A stretch of DNA of 64,000 bases, taken from positions 8,828 to 72,827 of the forward strand of contig MFQC01000009.1 of NCBI GenBank assembly GCA_001784285.1, written 5' to 3'. This document shows positions 46,401 through 55,757 of the stretch, in pieces (position 1 is the stretch's first letter; each line of letters starts with the position of its first letter). Below the pieces are notes generated by a model that saw only the letters and a program-made list of their open reading frames with translations, was not told the DNA's origin and did no database searches. The stretch comes from Candidatus Magasanikbacteria bacterium RIFCSPHIGHO2_02_FULL_48_18. Its GTDB lineage: Bacteria > Patescibacteriota > Patescibacteriia > Magasanikbacterales > UBA922. The translations under genes and the position numbers were made by a program.

Positions 46401-49115
46401 GGTGATCCACCCAGAATTATTGGCAGTATTATTTTTGTCCTGGGCAAAAAAGGCGCTCTGAGCATCGTTGTTCCAGCTCCACGCAATGCTCTCCGTGGTC
46501 GGGCCGCTTTGGGTCACGCCCGCGGGAGCGGTCGCCTCAGTAAAGGCGCTCGCTTGAGAAGAGGCAATGCCCCAGCCATTGGCATTATATGGCCGAACAT
46601 ACACGGTATATTGAGTATTGGGTTCAAGAGAACTATAGGTATACTGATTCTCGGTCGTGGTTGCAATAACCGAATCATCCATTGCGGCATATACCACATA
46701 GGAATCGGCTCCAAGGACAGCATCCCATGCCCACACAATGCCTGATGAATCCGTGGCAGAGGCCGTAAGGCCTGTTACCTGCGCAAGCGGCGTCGTTATT
46801 TGATTGGACATGACGACTTCTGAGGTATTGAGCGTCCCATCGGTATTATATGGAGAAAAACGATATTGATAGCACGTATTTGCGGCAAGATCGGAGGACA
46901 CTTGATAGGGAGAGGAAGGGTTGACCGAGGCGTTGTCATAGATCGTCGTATCAAAACCATTGCATCCGCTATCTTGTTCAAATTTTCCCCCGCTATGCGC
47001 GCCATCCACCCACGAAAGCTCAATTTGAATTGTGGATGACGTGGTATTGTTTTGCGCGGTGAGCGTGGCGGGGGGTGCACCCAAGGTAAAAAGACACGAA
47101 GCAGAGACGAGCGCTGTTTCCGTGTCATTGCCGTTTTTTGCTTTTGACGAAAAACAATACTGTGTATTGGGTGTGAGGCCGGCCACCGACGTTCCGCCCC
47201 ATGTGCTTGATGTGTTCCATACGGCAGTATTTGAGGAAAGGGTAAAATCGGCTGCAACGTATTGCGCCGTGCTACTTTCATACAGCGCGTAATTGGTGGC
47301 TTCAGGGTTGGCGCCGAGCTGACTTGTGGATGTGCTGAAAACAGATACGGTCATTGCGGTCGAACTCGCAGTCGCGACGCTCACCAAGCTCGGTGACATG
47401 GCCAGCGTATAGAGAGCGGCGGCGGTTGTGGTCGCCGTGGGAATCGCAGACTGATTTCTTGCAACGTATTCAAACGTGTACTCCGTATTTGGATAAAGAG
47501 AAATGAGAACAGGATTCCCAAGAATACTCAATTGATACCACGTCGGAGAAGAAGCATTGACAAGGTTGTCCCGGCTCAAATATTTGTCAAAAGTCGTTTC
47601 GTGAAAGGTAATGCCTGTCGTTGAAGGATTGCCGTTTGCGTCAACCGTTGCCTGAAGTCCTGGAACGACTTCGCCAAGATAGGTGGTTGTGACTGCGGCC
47701 ATCGTAAGAGGCCCAAGCGCATTGGCGAGTGTCGTTGTAGCATATGCCGTCGATGTGGCCGCTCCATCGCCGTTTACGGCATCCACTTTAAAGTAATACA
47801 CGGTATTGACAGAAAGGCCGGTAACATCTTTTGATTCGATGTCCGCATTTTCTGTAGACACGAGCGTATATGTTTGGTCGTCCAATGACCGCCAAACACG
47901 AAAATTATCTTCATTATCTGAATTATCGTTCCATGTAAGCGTCATGGCGGTTGGTGTGAGAGCGGTTCCACTCAACCCCGTTGGCTCTGCGGGAATATTG
48001 GCGCTCAAAGCGGCAAAAGATCCATTTCTTCCACTGTTTGCGCCCGCGCCCCCATTGACATCATACGAAGACCCTGTATCGGTGTAACTATCGGTATATT
48101 GCAATACCACGCATCCGCCGCCGCCGCCGCCGCCATGCGTATCGCCGCTTCCGCCGGTTGCAGTAATGGCACTTGAAAATGTAATGGTTGGAGCGCTTAT
48201 ACTAACACCCCCTCCCGCGCCTCCCCCGGCATCCCAAGAATCAGTACCGGCCTGTCCGCCGTTTCCGCCATCAGCCGAAATTGTTCCGGCGATGGTCGCA
48301 GTATTGCTTATACTGAAAACAACCAACCCGCCCCCAGCCCCGCCGGTCGTCGTGTTTCCCCCGCCGCCGCCGGATCCTAACGTTGATGGATTTGTTTCAT
48401 CGCAATATCCTGTGCCCCCGCTCGCACCGGAAAATGACGCCCCGCCCAATCCTTCGTGAGCACCGCCGCCGCCATTATCGGATGGTGCGCGGCTCACATC
48501 ATTGCGGCCGGGTCCGGACCCGTTTCCAACAGATTGACTGGCTCCGCCAGAAAATCCCTTTCCATCAACATTAATTGAACCGCCGGAATTGATTGCGAGG
48601 GTTACGGCCGAGAAAGAAACTGTATACGATGTTCCGGAAATGTTTGCCGTATGCGTTAACAGACCACCGCTTTGAATTGTTAATGTTCCGGAAATGGTTT
48701 GTTGTGTTGCGTTATCTTGCTGAAGAGTTCCATTGGCCGAAATAGTAATTGAACCCCCTGTTCCGATATCTTGCGTCAAAACGAGTGTCGCCGTATTGGT
48801 TCCCCCAATGGTGAGCGTAGAAAAATTGATGAACTTCCCTTCTGTCACGCACCCGGATGTGGTCACGGTGACATTGGCATCTATGGCCACAGCACTTGTA
48901 CTTGCCGGTTCGGTGTCTGATGACCAATTCAAGTCAGTACACCAGTCATCATCCGCGCCGCCGCCATCCCAGGTTGGTGTTGCGTTATTCCCCCCGCGTG
49001 CCAATACCAAAGAACTAAAAAAGGTGCCCTGTGTGGCACCAATCACAAAAATAATAAACCCAAAAAAGACACTCCCCATCAATGTAGCAAAAAAATTGAT
49101 CCTCCATCTTTGCAT
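43479..49115 (-). CDS. Giant surface protein of about 1878-1901 aa, with a Gly-rich beta-helix-like region, multiple fibronectin-type-III repeats and a C-terminal carboxypeptidase-regulatory-like domain.
   Basis: An N-terminal transmembrane or signal segment (MQRWRINFFATLMGSVFFGFIIFVIGAT) is present. Long GGxGG tracts occur. FN3-like repeats include LTWNDNSDNEDNFRVWRS...YYFKVDAVNGDG. The C-terminus contains GEYSFHVPAGRYYIAAEKSGY. The track start at 49184 overlaps the upstream gene. Confidence 0.75.
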   Translation of the reverse strand: MQRWRINFFATLMGSVFFGFIIFVIGATQGTFFSSLVLARGGNNATPTWDGGGADDDWCTDLNWSSDTEPASTSAVAIDANVTVTTSGCVTEGKFINFSTLTIGGTNTATLVLTQDIGTGGSITISANGTLQQDNATQQTISGTLTIQSGGLLTHTANISGTSYTVSFSAVTLAINSGGSINVDGKGFSGGASQSVGNGSGPGRNDVSRAPSDNGGGGAHEGLGGASFSGASGGTGYCDETNPSTLGSGGGGGNTTTGGAGGGLVVFSISNTATIAGTISADGGNGGQAGTDSWDAGGGAGGGVSISAPTITFSSAITATGGSGDTHGGGGGGGCVVLQYTDSYTDTGSSYDVNGGAGANSGRNGSFAALSANIPAEPTGLSGTALTPTAMTLTWNDNSDNEDNFRVWRSLDDQTYTLVSTENADIESKDVTGLSVNTVYYFKVDAVNGDGAATSTAYATTTLANALGPLTMAAVTTTYLGEVVPGLQATVDANGNPSTTGITFHETTFDKYLSRDNLVNASSPTWYQLSILGNPVLISLYPNTEYTFEYVARNQSAIPTATTTAAALYTLAMSPSLVSVATASSTAMTVSVFSTSTSQLGANPEATNYALYESSTAQYVAADFTLSSNTAVWNTSSTWGGTSVAGLTPNTQYCFSSKAKNGNDTETALVSASCLFTLGAPPATLTAQNNTTSSTIQIELSWVDGAHSGGKFEQDSGCNGFDTTIYDNASVNPSSPYQVSSDLAANTCYQYRFSPYNTDGTLNTSEVVMSNQITTPLAQVTGLTASATDSSGIVWAWDAVLGADSYVVYAAMDDSVIATTTENQYTYSSLEPNTQYTVYVRPYNANGWGIASSQASAFTEATAPAGVTQSGPTTESIAWSWNNDAQSAFFAQDKNNTANNSGWITETSWTQSGLSANTAYTIQVKAKNQDDSETAMTEATVYTLLGAPTGVSFSSVTTSSITATAEGSFPNMGSGSSLLHFSNGVRATQDVTSGASWANTNLSPNTAYVYTVYGVNGDGIQTTTATGTTYTLANVPSMQISSDSVTSTTMPFSIIPINNPSATEYALYEVSTGLWANAEGVLSGASETWQATSTWSAVGISGVDPNEEYCFQIKARNGNAVETALSSQVCDYSAVESTQVFFDARINNAVTVTDAAQAEIVLGGSLPNKTTGLLQSVTIASSVADNAPVYLNMKRVKESGFVTTSQAISINKNSTTEENNVDMNIPSGTIISCADSSWTKFQIPTLVDASIVALPAVSGYTMSAKKVVQVGAPNTTCSLTNPVKITFPGQAGYVAGYTASSGGTLTPITVVCDDENNPTNVGVGGSGECSVDSGNDLIVHTVHTTFFGVYSQTAVSSDSGSTSGASLPVGPLALPSAIAFDGLLIDGAAKTQTTNSHITLRLEGVSPDAVEVAFSLSSGFQGIGWQSYTGEDIGFDLPDMEGIYVVYAKVRTVSGVVSAVKSAQVVLEKTGPLAPPVIIAPKNGATITKLPFVVEGTGFPGATIAVSILETIYSVTVDPEGIFSLTILDQIPAGTYPISVTQTDSLGRTSTPSPWFFVYAPPAKMTPTQPINQPVGEEGEGVVLPNTQDTQSFTSTSPNLVVSEVTAKEVQDILKEVQTRESFLVIVSKQTPGFYKQQISSIDVASGDSFDILIRPSEPVHSITARLYPKSAETQESLSARERLFHALAGFFGASVHAAQIVQNEESAQNGWLKAYTFASVSEGNIYRTTVDIPEGAVGEYTLVMTINETDGGRTKVSKKVQSISNGTITDQKGRALFHARVELFQWQEDGAYALWPGELYGQENPTLTNEKGEYSFHVPAGRYYIAAEKSGYAPYHGGIMILDESTIIHAPVSLERKSFDFWTKIFEFFRSFFGRGA

Positions 49116-49143
49116 ACAATACGAAGAAAAAGAATATTCAATA

Positions 49144-50505
49144 CTATAGCATATTTTTTTGCTTTTGTCCAACACAATAAACACATAAAAGCATACTATT
49201 GAGCAGAAGCCCGCTATATTGTGTAAACATATAATGATCCAACGAGAGCACTATGAGATAAGGGATTAATATCCAACCCAAAAAAGAACGCGGCTGATTC
49301 TGGTAATAAAAAGAGAAGAGAAAAAATATCCCTGAAAGGGCCAATAAAGATACCCCCGCAAAACCAAACTCCGCCAAGAGCAAGAGAAAAACGTTGTGGA
49401 CAGGCTGATATTGCCAAATCGGCAAGAGAACACCAATACCCATGAGACTGGACGTGTAATTGCCGCCCCCAACCCCAATCCATGGATGCATTTTGACGAG
49501 GCTCATTGCTTGAGATATTTGGACAATACGGTCGGAAACCGCGTATGATTCATGACGGGAGGAAACAGAAAAACGCGTGCGGAGAATAGGAAAAAATGCA
49601 ACACCAAAAATCAATACGATGAAAACAACACCTGCCAAACCACACAATGACATTCGTGGCGGTGGCCGTTTCGTGTCCGCATTTCTGGAAAAAAGAAAAA
49701 AAGAGAAAAGAAAAGATACCGCCGCCAGCCACGCCGTGCGGCTAAAGGTAAAAAACAATGCCACGCCCTGAAGGAAAAGAAGAGACCAATACGCTTTTCT
49801 ATATTGCTGAGCCCGCTCGCCCAAAGACAAAAGTACCACTGTCATAAGCATGGCCACGACCAAATAGCCACCAAACATATTTGGATGAGAAAACGGACCA
49901 TGCGCCCGAAGCACTCGTCCGAGAGACTCGCTCGCGACAATCGATGTTCCCGCCTGGTCCAGGGCATGAAATGACAGCCCCAAGAGCGTAGAAGAAAACG
50001 TTGACTGCGCCGTAAATTGCCATATTCCTAAAAGCGCAGGGATGCCACTGCCGAGTGCAAACCATCGGGCAATATATGAAAACGAACAAGGACCGGCCCA
50101 CAACACGAAAAAAAATAAGAACGCTTCGACAATACGTATCCCTTGCTGAAACGCCAATGCCGAATCGAGCGCCCGCAATGAAGACATCAGCGCATAGAGC
50201 CAAAAAGAAAAAAACAACGCGACACATATCCGGTCAGGCGTCCAGGAAAATTGAAACCTTCCTTGGATTTTGGATTGCCGGATTTTTTGAACATACCACA
50301 CGCAAAACAGAACAATAATGCCCCACAGGAGAATCTCTGTCGCATACAGCCCTAAAACCCCATATTGGAACTTCATGCCGCCAATAATAGGCTCTCGATA
50401 CATCCAGATTGTTTGCCATGGAAAGAGAAAAAGAAAAAGAGCAATACCGAATTGCATCGCGGAAACCAAAGAAACATGTTTGATGGTGCGCATAAGTGAC
50501 ATCAT
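49144..50505 (-). CDS. O-antigen ligase / Wzy-family polymerase.
   Basis: About ten transmembrane helices are predicted. The Wzy_C-like loop GPFSHPNMFGGYL...FTFSRTAWLA is present. The start is taken at MMSLMRTIKHV; the track gives 50586. Confidence 0.65.
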   Translation of the reverse strand: MMSLMRTIKHVSLVSAMQFGIALFLFLFPWQTIWMYREPIIGGMKFQYGVLGLYATEILLWGIIVLFCVWYVQKIRQSKIQGRFQFSWTPDRICVALFFSFWLYALMSSLRALDSALAFQQGIRIVEAFLFFFVLWAGPCSFSYIARWFALGSGIPALLGIWQFTAQSTFSSTLLGLSFHALDQAGTSIVASESLGRVLRAHGPFSHPNMFGGYLVVAMLMTVVLLSLGERAQQYRKAYWSLLFLQGVALFFTFSRTAWLAAVSFLFSFFLFSRNADTKRPPPRMSLCGLAGVVFIVLIFGVAFFPILRTRFSVSSRHESYAVSDRIVQISQAMSLVKMHPWIGVGGGNYTSSLMGIGVLLPIWQYQPVHNVFLLLLAEFGFAGVSLLALSGIFFLFSFYYQNQPRSFLGWILIPYLIVLSLDHYMFTQYSGLLLNSMLLCVYCVGQKQKNML

Positions 50506-51506
50506 TCCTCTGTTGTATCGTTTTGTTTTTGCAGTTTTGCCATAAAAAATCCTTCTATTTCTTTCGCGGGTTCTACGCGAAAACATTGTTGTATATCCGG
50601 GTGAAGCGATTTTTCTTTCCAGATTGTTGTTACCGGACCGCGCTTCAATCCGTGCCCTGACAATGAAATATCAAGCAAAGATGCGTCTTTTTTATGTCGT
50701 TCCAATAATCTGGAAATTTGGCATTCGTTTTCTTCCGGGGCAAATGTGCACGTGGAATATACCAGGGTGCCACCGGGTTTGAGCGCGCTCCACGCGGCAA
50801 AAAGCAGTTGCCGCTGTTTATATGCCATCTCTTTTATTTTCCGTTCTTTCCAAAAGCCATACGTTTTTGGATCGGCGGCAATAAACCGGGCCTCGGCGCT
50901 ACAAGGAGCATCGAGCAATATCTTATCAAAATAAGCCGGATATTCCTGGCAGAGTTTGGTTCCGTGCTCTAGACGAAGTTCCACGCGCCAACCAGGCGCC
51001 TCACGCAGTACACCGAGATGCTCCAGGTTATGTTTCAATTTAAAAAATCGAGGCTTGTTGTTATCATTTGCAACGAGTTCGCCCTCTTGACGCATCAACG
51101 CGGCAATCTGACTGGTTTTGCTTCCCGGGGCTGCCGTAAGATCAAGAACGCGTTCCCCGGGTTTTGGATCGAGAACGAGCGGAGGGACCATGCTGGCAAG
51201 ACTTTGCACATATATATGTCCGTCCGTGTAGAGCTCGTTCTCAACCAAGTCACGCTTACTCTTATTTTCCAATATCCAGGCATCGGGATACCATGGCACG
51301 GGCCGAAGATGAAAACCCAATCCACGCAATCCATCGGCTACATCTGATCGGGACAAACCTTTTAAAGGATTCCATCGAAACGTAGTCGGTTTTTCTATGA
51401 GTGTTGCGAGAACCCCGCCAACGCGTGAAGCGCCGAACACCGACGAAAGCCTGTTGGAAAATTCGTCCGGAAACGTCCCGGAGCGTTTTTTATTCGACCG
51501 TTTCAT
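50502..51506 (-). CDS. rRNA cytosine-C5 methyltransferase, NOL1/NOP2/Sun family, RsmB/RsmF-like.
   Basis: Motifs LDLTAAPGSKT, DAPCS and PGGTLVYSTCT are present. The M13 start gives an ATGA overlap with the upstream gene. Confidence 0.75.
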   Translation of the reverse strand: MKRSNKKRSGTFPDEFSNRLSSVFGASRVGGVLATLIEKPTTFRWNPLKGLSRSDVADGLRGLGFHLRPVPWYPDAWILENKSKRDLVENELYTDGHIYVQSLASMVPPLVLDPKPGERVLDLTAAPGSKTSQIAALMRQEGELVANDNNKPRFFKLKHNLEHLGVLREAPGWRVELRLEHGTKLCQEYPAYFDKILLDAPCSAEARFIAADPKTYGFWKERKIKEMAYKQRQLLFAAWSALKPGGTLVYSTCTFAPEENECQISRLLERHKKDASLLDISLSGHGLKRGPVTTIWKEKSLHPDIQQCFRVEPAKEIEGFFMAKLQKQNDTTEE

Positions 51507-52462
51507 ACGGCTGTTTCCAATTGCTGGCACCGTTGAATCCACTCTTGTCGATAAAACGCTCTCCGGTCATTTTCATGAAATTTGAGCATGGTGTCATTGA
51601 TAACAACACGAGAATCCGGCTCATATTGCAGACTTCCATAATTGCAGTCCATTTTTTTCTTTTGTATTTTTTTTATATAATTTTCCCACATATTCCCATA
51701 GTTCCCCGAGGAGAGACGCGTGAACATATGCCGCACGACGCGGGCCACACAACAATCATCCGTTCGATATCGAGGAATGAGGGCATAGCGCGTTGGCGCA
51801 TCCGGAAGATGCGCGCGCACCCATTGATTTTTGGATTGGAGAACAGAAAAAAGATTGTATGGATCATACAAAGGAATGAGCTGATGTATCCAATACAAAA
51901 GATACACGTCCGGATCATCAAGCGCCACATCAGACAAATCCAGGTGATCATCAGTCACATAAAAACTCAAACAAATTTTATTGGCAACGTGTTTTTTGGT
52001 GCGGCGGAGTCTTAACAGATGAAGTAATCCGGTAATAAAAAAACGCGTCATCCATAATCTTCCTTTTTGAATAACAATAAAGACGTCAATGTCGCTGTCT
52101 TCCTTTACCGCGGACGACGCGACAGAATTGCATAAAAAAATGGCCTGCAAAAAAGGGACATACCGCAATGCTCGCGCCGCGCGGCGGGCGATCAGTATTT
52201 TTTTTTCAATCCAGCGGACCGCGCGTTCCCGTTCGCCGATATACGCAGGCGTATTGAAAAGCATGCAATATCCTCCAGTCTCATATATCTGTCCATCAGC
52301 AATCATCGCGTCGACGAGAGACAAAAAATAGGCATAGGAAGAAATAGCGTCATCAATACGATCCTGATAGAGCGCGCCATACAATTCCTCCCGAGTAAGG
52401 GGATAGCGAAATACATCAAAATACGCCAGGGTTTTGAGAACAGATTGCTCAAGCGTATGCAT
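51503..52462 (-). CDS. Nucleotidyltransferase-fold protein (Pol-beta superfamily).
   Basis: The sequence NSVASSAVKEDSDIDVFIV matches the G[SG]-x9-13-DxD pattern. It is preceded by a winged-helix-like N-terminus. Confidence 0.5.
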   Translation of the reverse strand: MHTLEQSVLKTLAYFDVFRYPLTREELYGALYQDRIDDAISSYAYFLSLVDAMIADGQIYETGGYCMLFNTPAYIGERERAVRWIEKKILIARRAARALRYVPFLQAIFLCNSVASSAVKEDSDIDVFIVIQKGRLWMTRFFITGLLHLLRLRRTKKHVANKICLSFYVTDDHLDLSDVALDDPDVYLLYWIHQLIPLYDPYNLFSVLQSKNQWVRAHLPDAPTRYALIPRYRTDDCCVARVVRHMFTRLSSGNYGNMWENYIKKIQKKKMDCNYGSLQYEPDSRVVINDTMLKFHENDRRAFYRQEWIQRCQQLETAV

Positions 52463-52480
52463 ATGCGTATAGTGTCCCTT

Positions 52481-52783
52481 TTATTTTTCTGTCCTCATGG
52501 TTAATGGCTCAACACTGGCGCGGATTGGCGGCGGATCTTCCACAGACAGAACAGATTCTTTTGCCACGCTGTCTGTCACAACTATCCGTTTTTCTTCAAA
52601 TCGAACCACCTGATCTCGAGAAATGAGATAGTCTTTGGTATGCAGTAAAGAGCGGACCAGATATTGCGCAATTATCTGTCCTTCCAATTCAAAAACAACA
52701 TCATAGATTTTCCCAAGCTTCTGCCCGGACTCGGTCTCCACGCTTAACTGTTTCAATTGTTTCAAATCAAGACGCATACGCAT
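52481..52783 (-). CDS. PRC-barrel domain protein.
   Basis: The protein is 100 aa. KLGKIYDVVFELEGQIIAQYLV is PRC-barrel-like. Confidence 0.45.
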   Translation of the reverse strand: MRMRLDLKQLKQLSVETESGQKLGKIYDVVFELEGQIIAQYLVRSLLHTKDYLISRDQVVRFEEKRIVVTDSVAKESVLSVEDPPPIRASVEPLTMRTEK

Positions 52784-52809
52784 TTCTCTTATGTTTTTTG
52801 AATAGCCTC

Positions 52810-53559
52810 TTATAGCACGAGCTGTCCCTCAATGGGGCCGCCATCTGATTTCTTTTTTTTGAACAATAGCCACTGCTGAATCGCGGTAAACAAGGTGGAG
52901 AGAAACCAATACAGTGCAAGGCCGGCCGGAAACTGCATCCCGATAATCACGGTAATGACCGGCATAAAATAGAGCATCTGTTTATTCATCATGGCCATCA
53001 AGTTTTCATCTTTTGCCCCTTCGCCGACGCCCTTAGGCGGTTTCTTCGTCGTCATCATGCGTGATTGCCAAAACTGCGCCCCTCCCGCGAGAAGCGCCAA
53101 CACGACACTCCGCTCGCTTAAATCAAAAAATCCGAGTGATACGCTATTGATGGATTCGGGCGGAGAAATAAACGAATAGAGAAAACGAAATGAGGCCGGG
53201 TCAAATCCATCTCTCAATACATAAAACATGGCAAACAATACCGGCATTTGGATAAGAATGGGAAGACACGATCCCAATGGGTTGACCTTATGCTCTTTGT
53301 ACAGTTTCATTGTTTCTTGAGCGATTTTTTGCTGGTCGCCTTTATGTTCTTTTTTGATTGACTCCAATTTTGGCTGGAGCTCGCTTAATGATTTTTGGGC
53401 GCGAATGGATTTTGCGGTCAGCGGATATAATACAATTTTGATGAGCAGTGTCACCACAATAATGACAATGCCAAGATCGGGAATAACGTGATAAAATCCG
53501 ACAAAGAGATTGTAAATCGGCTGATAAAAAAGCACTTGAAACGGCATCCACATACGCAA
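52810..53559 (-). CDS. yidC: Membrane protein insertase YidC, short form.
   Basis: YPLTAKSIRAQKSLSELQPKLESIKKEHKGDQQKIAQETMKLYKEHKVNPLGSCLPILIQMPVLFAMFYVL is the YidC/Oxa1 core. Confidence 0.8.
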   Translation of the reverse strand: MRMWMPFQVLFYQPIYNLFVGFYHVIPDLGIVIIVVTLLIKIVLYPLTAKSIRAQKSLSELQPKLESIKKEHKGDQQKIAQETMKLYKEHKVNPLGSCLPILIQMPVLFAMFYVLRDGFDPASFRFLYSFISPPESINSVSLGFFDLSERSVVLALLAGGAQFWQSRMMTTKKPPKGVGEGAKDENLMAMMNKQMLYFMPVITVIIGMQFPAGLALYWFLSTLFTAIQQWLLFKKKKSDGGPIEGQLVL

Positions 53560-53580
53560 AGAGTAACAAAGAGTAAAAAA

Positions 53581-54897
53581 CTATTCTTTGGACGCTTCTT
53601 TTTCTGTTTCTTCGGCATCCGAAGACACGCTGTTCTCTCTCGGAGATTCTGGTTCGGACTCGGACATACCATCGTCCTCCGTTTGGTCGGCCGGGTCCTC
53701 GAGTTTTTTTTCCACATCGTTGACGTCGTCCTCGCTACTCACTGCGACGTCTGCATTGCCTTCCTGAAGCACGTTGATTTTCCAGCCCGTTAATTCGGCG
53801 GCAAGACGCACATTTTGTCCGCCGCGGCCAATGGCAAGAGAAAATTGGTCTCCGGCGACATGAACGTTTGCCTCGTTGGTATCGGCCTCAAGCTCAACGG
53901 AACTCACTTTCGCCGGAGAAAGCGCGTGTTTAATGAATTCCAATGTCTTATCGCTCCATTGGATCACATCAATTTTTTCTCCGCCCAATTCGTCAATAAT
54001 GGTGGTAATCCGACTACCGCGCTGGCCAATACATGAACCGATCGGATCAATACTTTCATCGTCCGTCCACACTGCGACCTTGGAACGATTGCCCGGGTCG
54101 CGCGCGATCGCTTTAATCTGAACTTCGCCGTTTCCAATTTCCGGAATTTCTTGGGCAAACACCACTTCGACCATGCGTTTATCGGCGCGAGAAAGAATAA
54201 TCTCCGGGCCTCGCGGACTCATCCCTACCGACACAACATAAAATTTCATTCTCATCCCCGGACGATATTGTTCTCGTTGAATTTGGCCATCATGCAATAC
54301 GATGCCGGTGATCTTCCCGAGATCAACAATCACCGCTCCGCTTCGATCGCGGCGCTGAACTATTCCCTGGATAATTTGGCCTTCCTGCGTCTTAAAATCA
54401 TCAAATACGCTGTTGCGTTCCGCTTCGCGAAGTTTTTGGATAATGACCTGTTTGGCGGTCTGCGCGGCCATTCGTCCAAAATCGCTGGGCAAGGGCTGGT
54501 CAATTTCAAGAATGTCGCCAACGGCCGCTTTCTTGTCAATGCTTTTTGCCTCGGTCACCATGATTTCGGTCTTTGGATTGAAGTGCGGAAACGCGCCGAT
54601 TTCTTCTTCGGTCAATTCCTTGCCGTCTTCTTTGACTTTGTCACGGAGGGCCGCCAATGCTTCCTGAGCCTTTTCCAATACCTCCGCGTCGATATCGGCG
54701 ACGACTTCTTTTACATCCCACACCTTCATGTCTCCTGTCTCCGGATCAAATTGAACTTTGTAATTCCCCTGGCGATTGCCAAAATCTTTTCGATACGCCG
54801 CGGCAAGAGCGCTTTCGAGCGCCTCCATGACCACCTCGTACTCAAGGCCTTTTTCTTCACAAAGGATATTTAATGCTTTGACAATGTCTGAACTCAT
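53581..54897 (-). CDS. nusA: Transcription termination/antitermination factor NusA with an acidic C-terminal tail.
   Basis: The N-terminal domain, S1, and KH1/KH2 (GxxG: IGRGGQNVR) are present. The tail is D/E-rich. The protein is 438 aa. Confidence 0.85.
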   Translation of the reverse strand: MSSDIVKALNILCEEKGLEYEVVMEALESALAAAYRKDFGNRQGNYKVQFDPETGDMKVWDVKEVVADIDAEVLEKAQEALAALRDKVKEDGKELTEEEIGAFPHFNPKTEIMVTEAKSIDKKAAVGDILEIDQPLPSDFGRMAAQTAKQVIIQKLREAERNSVFDDFKTQEGQIIQGIVQRRDRSGAVIVDLGKITGIVLHDGQIQREQYRPGMRMKFYVVSVGMSPRGPEIILSRADKRMVEVVFAQEIPEIGNGEVQIKAIARDPGNRSKVAVWTDDESIDPIGSCIGQRGSRITTIIDELGGEKIDVIQWSDKTLEFIKHALSPAKVSSVELEADTNEANVHVAGDQFSLAIGRGGQNVRLAAELTGWKINVLQEGNADVAVSSEDDVNDVEKKLEDPADQTEDDGMSESEPESPRENSVSSDAEETEKEASKE

Positions 54898-55038
54898 ACG
54901 ATGGCTGATAAAAAAGAAATAATCATGATGGTATAAAAAAAGCAGCTATATAAAAAGCTACTCTTACAAAGAGGATACCCCACATGTTTTTTCGTGTCAA
55001 GAAAAAAAATATATGACAGAAGACGCAGGGGCACACGG

Positions 55039-55413
55039 TTATGCGCGATCACGGAATCTCCCCAGCACAATATCGAGCGCCTGCAAAAGTTTTTGAAATA
55101 ATTCAGGATGCAATTCGGCCTTTTTCGCTACAATAAAACGCCGGTCAATCGGCATGATGCGCGACAACACGCATAGACCATCCTTGCCAAGGCCGGTTTC
55201 ATTCTTTTTCAACACGACTTCGGTGATTCTGGACCGGCCGTGATCTTCTGTAGGTTCTATTCCAACGCATACAATGGTACCGAGCGTTTCATTGAGCGTG
55301 GTATCCTGAAGCGCTACGTACGCACGCTCCTCACGCGGTTCTTCTTCATACAACACCACATCGCCGCGACGAATAGCGCCACAATACATATTGTCCAAAA
55401 AAGAAAAAGACAT
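55039..55413 (-). CDS. Type II toxin, MazF/PemK family.
   Basis: RRGDVVLY...RAYVALQDTTLNETLGTIVCVGI...EVVL...LCVLSRIMPIDRRFIV aligns by eye to MazF. Confidence 0.55.
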   Translation of the reverse strand: MSFSFLDNMYCGAIRRGDVVLYEEEPREERAYVALQDTTLNETLGTIVCVGIEPTEDHGRSRITEVVLKKNETGLGKDGLCVLSRIMPIDRRFIVAKKAELHPELFQKLLQALDIVLGRFRDRA

Positions 55414-55419
55414 AGGTAT

Positions 55420-55608
55420 TTACGTCCGAAGTTTTTTAAGCGCCTGCTCTATTTCCGAGACTTCTTGGTTGTGCTTGTATTCCAAAATACATTTTGCGAT
55501 AAATTCACTCCGCCGTCCGTGCGGAAAGGCCTTTCGCAAATAGGTCGCGACACTTTTTGGGAGTTTGAGCGTCACGCGTTCAACGGGTTCTTTGGATACT
55601 TTTGGCAT
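55420..55608 (-). CDS. Antitoxin, ribbon-helix-helix/CopG-like.
   Basis: A 62-aa protein sits 7 nt upstream of the toxin. A TATAAT-type -10 lies about 10 nt upstream of its ATG. Confidence 0.5.
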   Translation of the reverse strand: MPKVSKEPVERVTLKLPKSVATYLRKAFPHGRRSEFIAKCILEYKHNQEVSEIEQALKKLRT

Positions 55609-55757
55609 ACAAAAAATATTATACTGTTGATTCTTTGTCTGGAATTTTGGGACCTTCCGGACGCATGGTTTTGATTATTTCAACCACAAGCTCGGGATCA
55701 TTCAAGACTGCTCCAAGCAATGGGTCTTTTCCGTCTGCAGGCACTGGGATATCAGCA

